DNA of 64,000 nucleotides from Laetmonice hystrix (lineage: Eukaryota). Positions 26,700 through 40,000 of the stretch are shown in pieces. The notes beneath the pieces are model-generated. The model ran no database searches, was not told the DNA's origin, and worked only from the letters and a program-made list of their open reading frames with translations. The stretch lies in contig OZ249445.1 in NCBI GenBank assembly GCA_965235115.1, positions 10,664,001 through 10,728,000 on the forward strand, in the 5' to 3' direction. Position 1 is the first letter of the stretch; each line of letters opens with the position of its first letter. A program made the position numbers and the translations under genes.

Positions 26700-29660
26700 T
26701 GATAGCCTCTCACACCTATCACCACCTTATTACTGACACCATGTATACGCTTCCTACCGCTGCTGAGTGAGTGTCAAGCTCAGCCAGTGATGGTCCTTCT
26801 CCCATTCCTGAGTGATCACCACTTCTGTCGTCAGCCTCCCTGGTCCTCCCTTCCCCGCCGACATCCCTTCTATCTCGACACTTGGAGAGCACACACGGGC
26901 TCATTTTATACACCATCCAATTTCCCCGTCCACCATTTAATCCCCTTTCTCTGTCGGCCAAATCATAACTGGTTCCCATTCAGCCGCCCTTCCGTTCTCC
27001 AACTCATATTTCATCCGGGGTTTAATATGATGCAAAGAGTTTGTTTACCCGAAATGCCATTGTTCCATTCAGTATTTTCTTTCAGGTGAACACTTGTTAC
27101 AGTATTCACAGCCCCTTGGAGCGGGATTTCTAAACATCCTGCTTCCCGGAATGATTTGTTGTTTGACATGCTTATTTACCCCTTTTCCCTAAGATGCAAC
27201 ATCCAGGATGCTGCAGGGCCTGCTGGAAGAATAAACGAGCAACTGCCAGGAACTTGTGGAGCAATCGGTATTCCTATACTAAATAGCTCCAGAGAATCTA
27301 TAAATAATGTATACAAACACTTAGTTCGATACTGCATGCTTGATCAGAAGCCTTTCAGAACAAATTCTGACTTGGCTTCAGAGGCGAATTGGGAAGTTCG
27401 ATTGGTGTGATCGGTAAAACGAAACTCTCCACCCTGTGAGCGGGGTAGCTGATTGGTTGGGGCAGGCCTGTGTTATTTGTCTGTGTTTGTTGGTGCGGGG
27501 ATCCCATAATCAAGTACTGTGAACGTCATAATGAGGAGCAGACTTCCATTCATCATAGATAGTTGCATGGCGAGCCAAGTGCCGGGTCAACAGCCTCATC
27601 AGGCGAGGTGTATAAAGACGGGACGGGAGACGCTTAACGCCAACCACCTTCCGATCACCAAAGAAGATGGGAGGCTTCGCCATCCACCGAGGGGATGGGG
27701 ATGAAATGGTCCTGGCCCACCATTATATGACACCAGTATGTCGGCTCCAGATGATACTCACTGCTACATGTGTCTGAACATCATGGGAGGAAATGGTGCT
27801 GCTCCACCATTATATGACACCAACATCTTGGCTCCAGTTGATACTCTCGGCTACATCTGAACATCAGTGGAAGAAATGGTGCTGGGCCACCGTTTTCTGT
27901 GAGAGTATCTTGGCTTCAGATGATACTACACCATTTTATGTGAGAGTATCTTGGCTTCAGATGATACTCAATGCTTCATCTGAACATCACGGAAAGAAAT
28001 GGGACGGGCGGCCGCTGACGTCCCTCATATCATGGTTCCATCCCAACACTCTATCGTGGGAAGAATAGGTCATGCCTACCACTACCATTGTGATGGTATC
28101 ACTACACATCTTCCACACCTTGGCCCAGTTGCTGCTTACTGCTCCATCACTGGGGACACTGGGTGGTTACTGAGAGTGAACACTCAGTGAGTCCTTGTAC
28201 AACTGTACCACTATCAGCTTGCCTATGAATCCCACCTCCATCTCCTGATGTGAACAATCATCCTCACCCTCCAATAGTAACTAATAAAACTTCCCAATAA
28301 CGCCGCCACTTGTAGATTATAGATGCTCTTTTATTTCATTAGACCCAGTAATTAAATCACGCACCTCAGAGGGTACAGTCCACGTACTGCTCTTTCCCCA
28401 TCCGAGCATAAAAACATGTTTTCACATTTAAGGAGAGAAGAATTATGTGGGAATTGCAGACACTGACTGGGACTTTCGGTCTTCCACCGAGTACAGCGGG
28501 GCATCTTTGAAGGAACAGAAAGAAACTGAGAAACAGTGTGAAGCCTGTAGGCCAGAATGCCATCTCAGACAAGGGTCAATCCATTTTGTGGATGAGAAAT
28601 ATCAATCGTGGATATTTTACCGCACGGCAGTGGTCAGGCACTGGTAGAGACAAACTGCTTCGACTGTAGTGTGGATATAATTGCTACAGCTAGATCATAT
28701 AGGCTAAGACCATTATCAAGCGGACAAATGGACAAGTAATTATCGGCTATCATCAGTGAAACCCCAACACGGGCATCAGAATTAGAACCGTAGCTTCGCT
28801 ACGTGAGTACGAACTAGAATATAGCATGCTGCTGGTGTCTACCTCTTCTTCAAAGCCGTTTCCCAATGTGAATGCTTGCTATGACAATGCAGATCGAGAC
28901 TGTGATCAGAAGAGCACCTAGTTTCATGGCGGTCACTTACGCCTTGCCCCCTGATCTCATCGAAGCTCGCTGCTGCACGACACCAACCCATCCCCATCAA
29001 ACTGGCAGGCGCATAACTTAACATGAGAAAAACCTCATTATATTTAACTTTAACCAGACTATTGATCTAAAGACGTCGCCAAAAGTCTTGCTTACTTCCT
29101 GCACCAGGAGATCCATCCGTTTCTTACAGACGCTAATAATTCCGACAAGATGTGCCAAGAGTTTCCTTGTGTCAGCACATCGCATAAGCCTACAGAACAA
29201 TACATTTATGGAGCGCCAACATTGAGGGAGCGTCCGCGTGATTCGGACGTGTTTTTCTGGTCAAACACAGGGTAGCTCCGACTGACTAATGACTGAACCG
29301 ACCTTGGACAAATTCTTCCTTCATTCTTCACTCCCGCTTTGGTCTCTCCCATCTGACAACCGTGCTCCAGCTTGTCTAGCTGGTCGGCTATCACCTTGGC
29401 AACGGCGACTCTCCAATATGAATACCAATCATAAGAATGTTGTCAGGCTGATGGTAGTCATGCTGACAAGTTACCATGCCAACATCTGTACACAGCACCA
29501 CCACAGGGCCAGCCAGCCAGCCGGCTTGCCGACGTGCACACGGCCTTGTGGTGCAGCAGGGAGACCGGCTTGATCTGAACCGGGGTCGGTAACCGCTCAC
29601 ATCCCTGCTCACATCTTGCCTCACTGCGACAGTCCTCTCTCTCCTACTCCGAGATTGAAT
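26700..29660 (-). pseudogene. Decayed coding segment(s) of unknown function, containing an internal ~28-codon repeat
   Basis: Protein-like stretches such as RLYTPRLMRLLTRHLARHATIYDEW, TWTVPSEVRDLITGSNEIKEHL and LLAHLVGIISVCKKRMDLLVQEVSKTFGDVFRSIV lie in shifting frames. Confidence 0.3.
27704..28000. repeat. Degenerate ~83-87-bp tandem repeat, 3 copies, third with an internal 40-bp duplication
   Basis: Units begin AAATGGT(C/G)CT at 27704, 27791 and 27874; a remnant AAATGG follows at 27997. Shared blocks CCACCATTATATGACACC, GGCT(C/T)CAG(A/T)TGATACT and TCTGAACATCA. Confidence 0.8.
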
Positions 29661-31640
29661 GTGCTATGGGGCCAGCCCAACGCTCATCTTCAGGCCTTCC
29701 CTGTATCTCCATAATGGATGATCACCACGTAAAAAAAACCCTGCTGGAGAACAACGTCCCCCGCTTTCCGTGGGCAAACTCCATTCAGGATCTCCATAAA
29801 ACAGGGACGGTACGAGAACAGTGATAGATACATCAACAAGGCACTAATTAGGAGTCGACAAAAGGTTCCTATCCGAAGGCATGGAGTCCCGTATAATCTA
29901 CAAATGACATGGTAACATCCTGGGATCTCGATCTGCCGTCATTTTGTAAGGCAATGTTAAATGTTGCTCATGAATGTAGAGTAGTGCTAGCCTTTCAATA
30001 ACGAACAGTATAGTATAGAGTACAGCCTGAATATTAAAATTATGTTACTTACCATAAACTCTATAGAGAAGATAACCACTGCATTGCCAATTCGTCTTCT
30101 GTAAAATATAAATGTTCATCCATTAGCTTTTACCTTTGTGATGACCTTCAGTTTAAAGAAAAGATGAAAAGTCCTCTGTCCTTTTTTTTCATTTAATTCC
30201 AGTTTAAACCCAATTATTTCTGGCATCAAGTAATAAGAACCTTAAGTATTCAATGACTAAACCTGGAGACATCGCGACAGTATTGATCGGCCAGCCGGCT
30301 CATAGTCTAATGGGCGAGGATGTCTGGCGGTAGAAGGTATGACCAGTTAACACCAGGCCATTACCTGTGTATCAAACACCTTCCCTGTTACAGTACCCTA
30401 CCAGCCTACATGTTTCTGCTGAAAGCTCAAATCTGTGCACTTTCCTTTGTTACTGTTGCATGTGACTGCATGAGGTTATTTGGAATTCACCGAAAATGGC
30501 GAGACAGCACACATGTCGAACTGGCTAATCCCTCAATTTACGAACAGATGAGTGGTACCATTACCTACTCAGTACTGGTTTGATTTTACATTATAATAAT
30601 AATTGTTTCTAGTCATATGATAACTTGATCACCATAAATACCAGAGAAGCCGTAAGACGTTTCAAGTAACTTGAAAACTGCTCTTGAAAGCGAAGACAGT
30701 TGTCAGTAGTGTTGAAGGTAAATTGTAATCAGAGTACATGTATGTATGCCAAGGTCCAAGTACACACAAACGCCTTATTCCTATCTTAGGTTGGGTCATG
30801 GTGCATTATTTGATTGGGAGATACATGTACCTAGTTGGTGAAGGGTTGATTTGGTGACACCAAAACACTGATATGATTTCCTGTAAAAACATGAACGGAC
30901 TTCCCTGAAAAATAATCAGTCAATGATATATTGCTACTGAAGACACACCCGCCTACGAATACGGTATTTCTCCCTGAAAAATCTTCATGAATTAAAGGTA
31001 AGATGTCACGAATTTCAAATAATACGTCGTGTTTCAGCAAAAATATGTCTGCATTGCGGTTCTCCGATATGCCCCAAAGGTCCCCTACCTGTTTATGTAG
31101 CTTTGGCCGGTATTTTGTAAAAAAATCGCCAATTCTTACTACGGTCACTGAAATGAAAATGACACACTTAGATTCCGAGACCCCAGGATTTGCAGCCGGC
31201 TGTGTTTTGCACCCTTTTCAAACGATCGGCGGATGGGCCATTATAGTCCCACTATCCCACTATCATTACATCTTGAGTAATCACAGCGAGAGTCACGTGA
31301 TCATGGGACCTGTTCAAACAATTCGCGGCAGCCAACGGGGGCCAAAATGGCGGATTCATCCACTTTGCGGACACTGCAGCTAGTTTTATTCATTTTTCTA
31401 CATTAGGTAGAATTTCACAGCTGTCTACTAGTAGTATGTGTTAAAGAATCAATATGAAAAACAATCAGTGCCATAAAGTACGTCATTGGTGAGCAGGTAA
31501 GCAGAAAACTGAAGATACCCCCCGTGACATATTTCCTTTAAGGGATTTAATACCGTTTTTCATTAGCATAGCAATCTATCAAGCATTAGCATAAAAAAAC
31601 AGGACAATTTTAGCTTTCGAAAGTAAAATCTGCGAATATG

Positions 31641-32003
31641 CAGGGTTGGACAAATTATTTTATTAGTCACTGGTCCAGGACCAGTAACTCAGAATATTTA
31701 CTGGTCCTGCTCTTGGGTCCACTGGTCCAAAACCCCACAATTTCATGGAGTGTTTATGGAAATGTTAAGATTGCCATCATCATTGCCATTACAGGCCACA
31801 TACCTCCAGCATCCTTAAAGGATGGAGGTTTGTGACCTGCTACATGCCTGGCACCAGGTCCTGACAGATACCACCTGTCAAGGACAGTAGGTTTAACCAA
31901 GACTGGGCAAGAGTCCGTCAGACTACCATTGATATATTTTCACAAGTCCGAAGCAATAATAGGCAGGTCCCGGACCTCGGGCTAGTGGATTTGTCCAACC
32001 CTG
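31641..32003 (+). mobile_element. 363-bp non-autonomous DNA transposon (MITE), hAT-like termini, 5-bp TSD
   Basis: Perfect 14-bp TIR CAGGGTTGGACAAA/TTTGTCCAACCCTG, flanked by ATATG on both sides. A near-identical inverted copy lies at 56527..56889. Confidence 0.92.
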
Positions 32004-32588
32004 ATATGTCAATTGTGAATCCAAACAGGAAGGAAATTCCTGCTCGTATAAAATGACCTCTCATTTGCGTTATTTAAGAAACAAAAGTAACAAAAGACTG
32101 TATTCCTCTACAACTATAGGCCACAAGTTGTAAACATTTCTTCTGAGTTTCTCTCTTAGGTTGGCCTAACTATGTCATCAAACATGTCTCCACTATAGGT
32201 GCGCCAGCATTGTACTGTTTGTTGGGAGGGCTTTGGTTTCTTATGAACCTTGCCCTCAGTCGGCTAACAAATACATGCCGCCCACCAGTCATCACGGGTA
32301 AATGCCAAATTTTCAGCTCCCTTACAGCGGATCAACAACAGTGAGGAGGGACGGCGAGCTCATCTTTCTGCTGAATGAAAACCAGTTTTCCTGCTCACTG
32401 GTTTCCAGTGAAGCAGATGTATGAAACATCTGATTTTCTACCCTGGCAGTTCTGACAGTAGGCAGTTGTATAATGCGGACTGGGGATCGGAGCACCAAGT
32501 GTCAGCACTCGGTGGATATAACGGGGACGGAGTGCGGTGGGTGTCAGCCAGCCCACATTGTGGGATGTTTCCGTATCACCGGCCACGC

Positions 32589-32620
32589 CTCACTCACTCC
32601 CTTACTCACTCACTCACTCA
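32589..32620. repeat. (CTCA)n microsatellite
   Basis: ctcactcactcccttactcactcactcactca. Confidence 0.75.
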
Positions 32621-33658
32621 TGAGGGCGGTGCCCGCTATTTGGTAATAGCATTGCTATGGTTCAAATGACAGCTCCATTTAATTATCGAATTCAAAATGC
32701 ACACCTGACCCCAGCCAACTCGACCTAAATAGATACAGTATAGGCCTTTCCGAAAACCTTGTTGTCAATCGGGAAATCTTCAATAACAGCTCCTCCCCAG
32801 CCCGGCAAACTGATCAGTGCGTTGATAGTAAACGCTCCATGTATATTTTTAGCACCGGATCCGGATATGTTTGTCCTCGGTAGAAAGCAAATCAAAGATA
32901 ATGAGGACAGATATGGAAGAGTCTGACTAGAGCTGCAATCAGAGATGCACGAGGCTTGTCAAGGTGCAGTACCATCAAAAGCCATGTTTTTCTCGGAGAT
33001 GGGGGTAGTCTTTTTTTCTATTCAGAATGATATGATCAGTATGCCAGTGCACACCGAAAAAGACCCAGAAGTAGAAGGCTACACTGGCCATTCATATAGA
33101 GGTTCAAAATAGGACCCACTTTATGTTGGCCAACATCAACGAAGCTGAAAATGTTTTTTATGCACGTTTCGGGTAACCCCTTTCCTCCTGCATCCGAGCA
33201 TCCTTAAACTAGATCACGACTGCACACAGTTGATGTGTGTTGCTTGGAATCCCTGGGGCTCTCACCGACTCTCTGGAAACCTGGGCCGGCCGACGGCCTC
33301 CACATGAGGTCTCCCACCCACATTTTTCTCCACTCCAACAAACTACAACCGGCACATCGAGCAGCAGGCTGCGTAAAAATGGGACGGAGATGTTGAAAAC
33401 TCGGCTTCTATAACTTATACCCTTTGGTTGAAAAAGTCGGCCGTAATTTCCGTGAACCTTTTTCCTGGAGCAATATAGTGATACCAAGTACATCATGCAA
33501 AATAAGGAACGCTAACGTACACTAAGGGTGGACTCTGTGCAAACACCATTCGCTAAACCCCTTGGTCCAAGTAGCCACTTGTTGGATGTGGCCATGACGG
33601 GGAGACCAACAGATCCCGGAGTTTGGAGTGATTCCACGGACAGGCCGTATCACCAGCC

Positions 33659-33810
33659 CAGTGGCGGATCCAAGGGGGAGAGGGGATCCTGGATGTAGCC
33701 CCCCCCCCCGCCCCCCCAGTTGCAATATCCGGGATGTAGCCCCCCCCCAGTTGCAAAATCCTAGATGTGCCCCCCCCCCCCCCAGTTGCAAAATCCTGGA
33801 TCCGCCCTTG
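33659..33810. mobile_element. Short C-rich MITE-like insertion
   Basis: Imperfect TIR CAGTGGCGGATCCA / TGGATCCGCCCTTG; internal GATGT(A/G)GCCCCCCC...CAGTTGCAA subrepeats; no clear TSD. Confidence 0.55.
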
Positions 33811-36016
33811 TAGGCCACTGTCAGTCAGAGTGTTCGACTTTGCAAATCAGCCTGTCGCAGGAGTTGCCGCAATATAACTACAAGCTGACTTACTTTGGAT
33901 TGTTTGCTGAAGACTGAAAGGTTTCCTTGACAAGTGTCGGCAGAATTCAGAAACGACACATACATTTGTATGTTCGCAGGTGGATCATGCTGAACATACA
34001 CAAAGCCATCAACCCTTGACATTTATCAGGTAACCGCTAATCTGAAGTCCCGCGATATCCAAATACATGTACGTGTATTTCATTTTCAATATTTCTTCGG
34101 TGTACTGTAGGTTAACCATACCTGATGAAAAGTTCTTTGTTAACTGCAGATCTGAAATATTGTTCTGTCATGCAAAAGGACTTAAAAACCTAAAGTCTAA
34201 GTTCCGTGGCATGCTAAGGATCAAAGCTTCCTTGCGGTTAGCCAGAACCTACAGCACCGTAAAGGAAAAGAGCTGAGCTTCTATTTGATAAATATAAAAT
34301 ACATTTATTACTTGCTAGCACTACTGGTACGTAAATCCCTCATCAACTTTTACCGACAGAGTACCAGTACCATAAAAGGTCAAAGAAAAAAACTCCACCT
34401 AAGGTTTGAGTACAAGAAATGGTTATGGAGCAAGAAGGAACTCTGAATGTGCTTGAGGCTATGACCGGCGGGAAAACGGTCATGAGCGTGTAGGTTGTGT
34501 ACACCACGTAGAGGTGTAGCTCCAGGCTTAAAGTGTTCGTTGTAACGTGTTCAGATCGTTCACGGCAGGTTAACTTATATCCCTGCCCAATGAGTTGTGA
34601 TGGTGATCAATGGGACCATCATGAAAACGCAGAAATAATAATGCTCTTATTCTGCACATACAATAAGTCTTCAGTACAGTGGACACTTGGGAAAGAGAAC
34701 TGGTAAGACGCAATTAACCCTTTTCATTTTAAAATATTCTTGGGCGTAACCGCAAGTTCAAAACTGGGTGAAAGAGAGCATATTAATGCTACCGCCAGCG
34801 ATCGAATACGACACAGCTTTGGGAGTTTAAGGAAAATAACAAAACAACCAAAAATCACTGTTCAAAAACCCTTCCTTTACCGGCAGATGCTGTTTCACCA
34901 ATGATGACCTTTCTGCCTTTTTTCTTCACTCCAATTGCAGGTTTTTATAAGTCGTCTCAGTCCCCGATTACAGGCGGCCAGACTGTCTGTAGGAGTGATA
35001 CCAATCATCATGTGATTACGATTTTAGGTTTTGCTGCGGTTCGCAGCAGTCATACAGAAGCGAGTTTCATCCAGCTTGCAAGTGAAATACGGGTTGGTAT
35101 TCTCTATCTGACCATGGTATGGCGAATCAGTACACGCCACACACTGCTAATCAATCCTTCGGGTATCACGGTGGGTCAGCGATCGAAATTAGCAGCTACT
35201 GCTATCACAAACGGCTTGGCACACAGCCCTGACGGAGGTGCGACTGGTGGCAGTTTTGTAGCGTGGCCTTTAAAGATTTCCCTGTTCTACTGGTTTCTGG
35301 CTTATGGGCTGCCACCAAAAGACAGACCATTATGCAGAGAAAAAGAAAAGTCTAATGAAAGCACAGCATAGCAACTCGGTTTGGCCAGCTCATTGTCAAT
35401 GACCTAAAATCCGTTTATTACTAATACTAACTGTGCCATGTCCTCCTACTTATATTCTATCAGCCTTGCCTTGGAGCCCCCTCCCCTCCTCCAACCACCA
35501 CCTCTTGCGTGGGCTCTGTTAGCTTCCGCCACCCCACTGTGGGCCACTTAGACAATTAGTGCCAATACAGGCCAGCCTTCTGGGGCCTCATCCAGTAAAC
35601 AACGGAACCTCCGGCTGACGACCCACTGAGCAGACGGAAGGTCACTGTCCTCACCAACTCCTTTGTTTGGAGGACGTCCATTTAGCCGGAGATACATTCA
35701 CCAGTTGGCCACTCGACATGACGTACCTGCATCAATGCGTCCTGGATCAGTTTCACTTTTCCTGTCTCCCACATAATGCATCTTAAAATAACTGCAACCT
35801 TGGCAACATGAACGCTCAATGTCTTCAAACAACTTCATCAAATTACACCCTACCCTACGGTCTCTACCATTGTCACCTTCCCTTAAAATATCCATATTAT
35901 GAGAGAGTCACGCCATCCCACTTCACGCCTCAAGTGTACAGGAGAAACCACCAATTCTAAAGATTAATTCTGACAAAAGTCTGACACCAAATATTTACCG
36001 CCTTTTGTAGGGAGTC

Positions 36017-37034
36017 GTGATAATTAGGCCGTTAACGGACAAAGCGCACAATGTGACGAGTCCGCACGTGGAGGTTGCTCAGTTGATGGAGCAGAGAAAC
36101 AGCTTTTCAGTGCCATCTCAACTTGAGGCTATCACACGCTTGTTCTTCTCATTACATTACAGTTTCTCTTTTCTCGATGACAACATGCTGTTTCAGTACA
36201 GTATTTACAGTTCAGCTCACCTGCCATGTTACAATAATTTATCTGACTGCATTAACTGTACACAGTGTCTACTAAGTATATTTCGAGCGCCAGGAACACG
36301 CTGCTTCCGGGGTATCTTTCCATGTACTACTTACTGTTATAAGTCCCGCTTGTAATTGACGCACCATCAAAAGACAATTGTACAATTGACAATTACACTG
36401 CCTGGCATTGCCCAGCAACACTATATACATTATTACAGACTGACCAAGGAGGGGCCAGAGCATAGGTTTGTTCTGCACTTTGGTACTCAGACATCTGTGG
36501 GAGCGAATATACTTATAAAGATGGAAGATAATTTAAGCTGACGAGGATTGGCCGTCCTCGCCAGAACTGAAGTCCACATTTCTATATTATGTAACAGCCA
36601 TCTGTTACCACTATGGACAGAGAAGACTATGACAGGGTTGTTCACGTCACTCACACCTATGGTGGTGGTGGTGATTGGTTGCTATACGCACCTGTTGACG
36701 ATCTTCACCCCGAGAACCACTCTTATCGATGACGCAAATTACTACGTGCCCCAGCGGCTAAAGTTACTAGAAAAGTGGCCTAGGGATGCAGGTTTTCTAT
36801 CACTCTCTTATTGTCTTGAGTTCAATACCTTTCTCTATTAAGATTCGTCAGCTTTCCTACAGAAATAGTTCACTTAGATACTGCCATTCTGTTTGGGGGA
36901 ACCTGACCAGTCCCGAGAGAAAAACATCGGCTGCAGAGATGCATGACTACTCCCAATCCTGGTATCAATCTCTACTCCACCTCAAAACCTTTATGAGCAG
37001 CCAAACGGAACACAACTATCAGGTTAACTTGTAA
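36017..37034 (+). pseudogene. Decayed plus-strand ORF inside the element, unknown function
   Basis: ORF-track 36017..36355, 36356..36541 and 36548..36841 are all one frame (275 codons, 2 internal stops). 36786..37034 overlaps in another frame. Confidence 0.45.
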
Positions 37035-40000
37035 TACATGTCTACACACAGGAGGTGCGATTCCTCTTCCAGCTTGCTGGGCAGGTCGCAGGTCAAAAAC
37101 GGTATTTCACCCAACTCAATTCGTATAAAGCCTGGTATTGTCAGACACCCTGCTGCGTCCTGCCCAGCACAATTTCCTTCTTGACAGTCGATCTAACACT
37201 CTGTGCATTACTGTATGACTAATCTCATCAATTCTACGGCGCCAACAGAAATATGGTTCAAAGGAGGAAAATCAACGGAAACGAAGATTCTACGTCTTGC
37301 AAAAATCATATTAAAATGAAGAGGGGAATTGATTAGCGAGAGATAAAACAAATGAATACACAATGTGCGAATTGCCTCTCTTCAAGGTAGTGATAATCAT
37401 TATCTACATAATTACTACCGTACCATTCGAAAAGAAACCGTACGCATTATGTCAGTGGTGGATGAATCGATTGCAAACAATTCCCGTTTCATTGTGAACC
37501 TAAGCAATGAATTGTCGTTGGGTGGCCGCCTGTCCTGCCCCGCCTTCGCCCAGCCCCGACCACAACTCGGCCCCACCCGCCTGCCTGGCCGTTTGAAGGT
37601 AAGCTTCCCGTGAGCCGGCATCATGGCACCCAAGTCAGCTCCCAGCCGCATGTATCATAGCATAACAACTGTCAACATGTTGTGAACAAGGTTGGAGCAC
37701 ATGCAGAAGTGGCAGTTGTGGGAAGGGGGGGGGGGGGGTGTGAATCAATAGGACATTCTGGCTTCCTCCCGCCTTCTCCTCCTGCCTGTCGGCCCACCAC
37801 GACCAAGCTAAGGCTGGCTGTCGGTCCGACCCACCAACAGAGAGGGCCTCTTCGCCAACGGCAGCATCACTTCCGGCCTACGCCATTCCACAACCAGCCC
37901 CGCCTATACACATACACATGAATAATGGTCGAGAGAATATGAAGAGCAAAGAGAGTAGTCTACCTAGACGCCTTTGTCTGCTCCATGTGGTGAGCCTGTG
38001 CTGCTGCCGCCGCCACTACTGCCTGCTTGCGGTGCTGTAGCTTGGGTTTGTGCCGCTACACTGTCAGACACTTAGTCCAAACATCACAGAGTCCTGCTTG
38101 TGGTTAGCACTACATAGCTGCCTTTCGCTGTCCTCACCAGCCGAGCTGTTGTCGTCTTCTTTCGCTTCATTTACCATTGTCACACAAGAGGCAATTCGTG
38201 AAAGGAATGCAGCGGAACCGCCAACCGAGTCCCTAACAGAGAGACGTTGGTCAGGCCCACACCGGCAGACTCTGAGCACTGGTTTGCCCAATACCATATA
38301 GTGATTTGGTCCTGTTTCAAACACAAGCAAACACATGCTCACAACTTCATCAATATTTTATTAGGGTCCCCAGCGGGGAAGCGTGCGTGTGTGCGTGCGG
38401 CGGAGAGCTCGAGCGGAGGTGGGCCACTGCACACCACCTCAGCACATGACCATGCTCCTACCTCTTCATCTTTGTCAGCACCGACAGGAAGGCACACTCG
38501 GCCGTGTTCCACCAATGCTATGACAACACTACACACCCTCCTAGGGCAATCACTGCCCATCTACTGGCTACAATTAAAGGAAGTGGCCACTTACTGGCGC
38601 CCACAAATTTATTAGCCCACTGCGTCTTTTTATCCATTCCCTACGCCAACAGCCTTTTAGTTTTTCTTTCTCTCTCTGAGTCTCTTATTTCTTTTTTGCA
38701 GTATGAAGGTATAAATGCGAAGCGCACATTATCAGTGCATAAGGCACTATTGTCCCTCATGAAACTCATGGATAAGAACATCGCTTCAGTCTTACCAACC
38801 ACTAAGAAAGACATTACATAGATATTATCAACGAAGATTCAGAAATACCTATCAGTATCACCATGCTGGTCAATCATATCAGTAATGATGGATGCAGTTC
38901 ATGGATTTAATAAGTCTCAACGTAGTCTGCCAGATTTCTGCAATAATGAGGCAACATTCTCTGAGGCAGTTCACTGCCCTCTCTGCACAATCTATGCTTC
39001 ACCATCTCCTTATCCTAAACTGAAGTATCTGAACGCTGGCCAAGTCACCCCTATCCAGGTAAAATCCCTTCTGATTAGCATCACCTGAGGAGCAGCCATT
39101 AGGAGCTATTACTACAAGCACACTGCTGCCCTTCAGTATGCGCGGCCCAAGCAGGAACGACAAGTAACTTGTGATGCATGGACATCACAGACACAGTGTT
39201 GGCCGTGTTTACATGATGCAAGTCGACATGGGCATCCCGCCTAGTGTCTCCAGGCAGTCGGGAGCGGCACAGCACTTGGGGCAGTCCCTAAGGGTTCAAC
39301 GACTGCTCTGACACTGAGTCAGCTCGCCGCTGGGTCGACGGTTAATGGGGTTGGAAGAGGCTGGTTGGCCCGACCCCATCCACTTTCACGTGGTCCATCT
39401 GGTGGCGAATGTCGGAACTTCTCCAACATCATCACCACTGTACAGACAATTTATATGTCAATATATCGGAATCGGACTAATATCGACAATGCACAGGAAA
39501 GCACAATGTAATTGAAATATTGAATGGCGAGAAGAAAACACAGATTTGAAGACCACGTGTCCTATTCATTTAACACCTGCATGAAAAGATCTGCAGGGCA
39601 GTGAGCAGCAGTTAAATTTGTATATTAAAAACTTTAGAAGGCTCAATTGGCCCTGGCCATATCAATCTCGAGAACACTGGTAGAACACACGTCGCGGTTA
39701 TAATTTCACCTAACTGATGAGTTCTTGTGATGTCAGGTGGACCAAAAACATCGACCAACAAATATTTGCTTAATTAAGCAATTATAACATTTAATACTTT
39801 TCAATGCAACGTCAAACTAACTAGGCTCATAACGCAGAGCAACAACTTGGTGGCAATTCCTCTAAGTAGAGTAATGACACGTCTTATCAAGAGAAGCTAG
39901 ATGATTCAGTTAATGACGAGTCCTTTATCTGTGAATTACTTTAAAAAATTATAATCTTTTTCTTCTTACACTTTCCCTTTGATCTCATAGTCAATACCTT

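Noticed and set aside
26780-26830. DHHWLSL as a Ulp1 protease HW motif (Zisupton-like element)
   Set aside because: No catalytic Asp/Gln/Cys context, and no KDZ transposase motifs found.
29695-29730. VVIIHYGDTGK as PolB YGDTDS
   Set aside because: Lacks DS and has no supporting upstream motifs in frame.
31638-31835. Duplicated ORF MQGWTNYF... (also 56695..56892)
   Set aside because: Chance frame inside a 363-bp MITE, not a gene pair.
32961-32985. NMAFDG as the RNA polymerase NADFDGD motif
   Set aside because: The key aspartates are missing and the context does not match.
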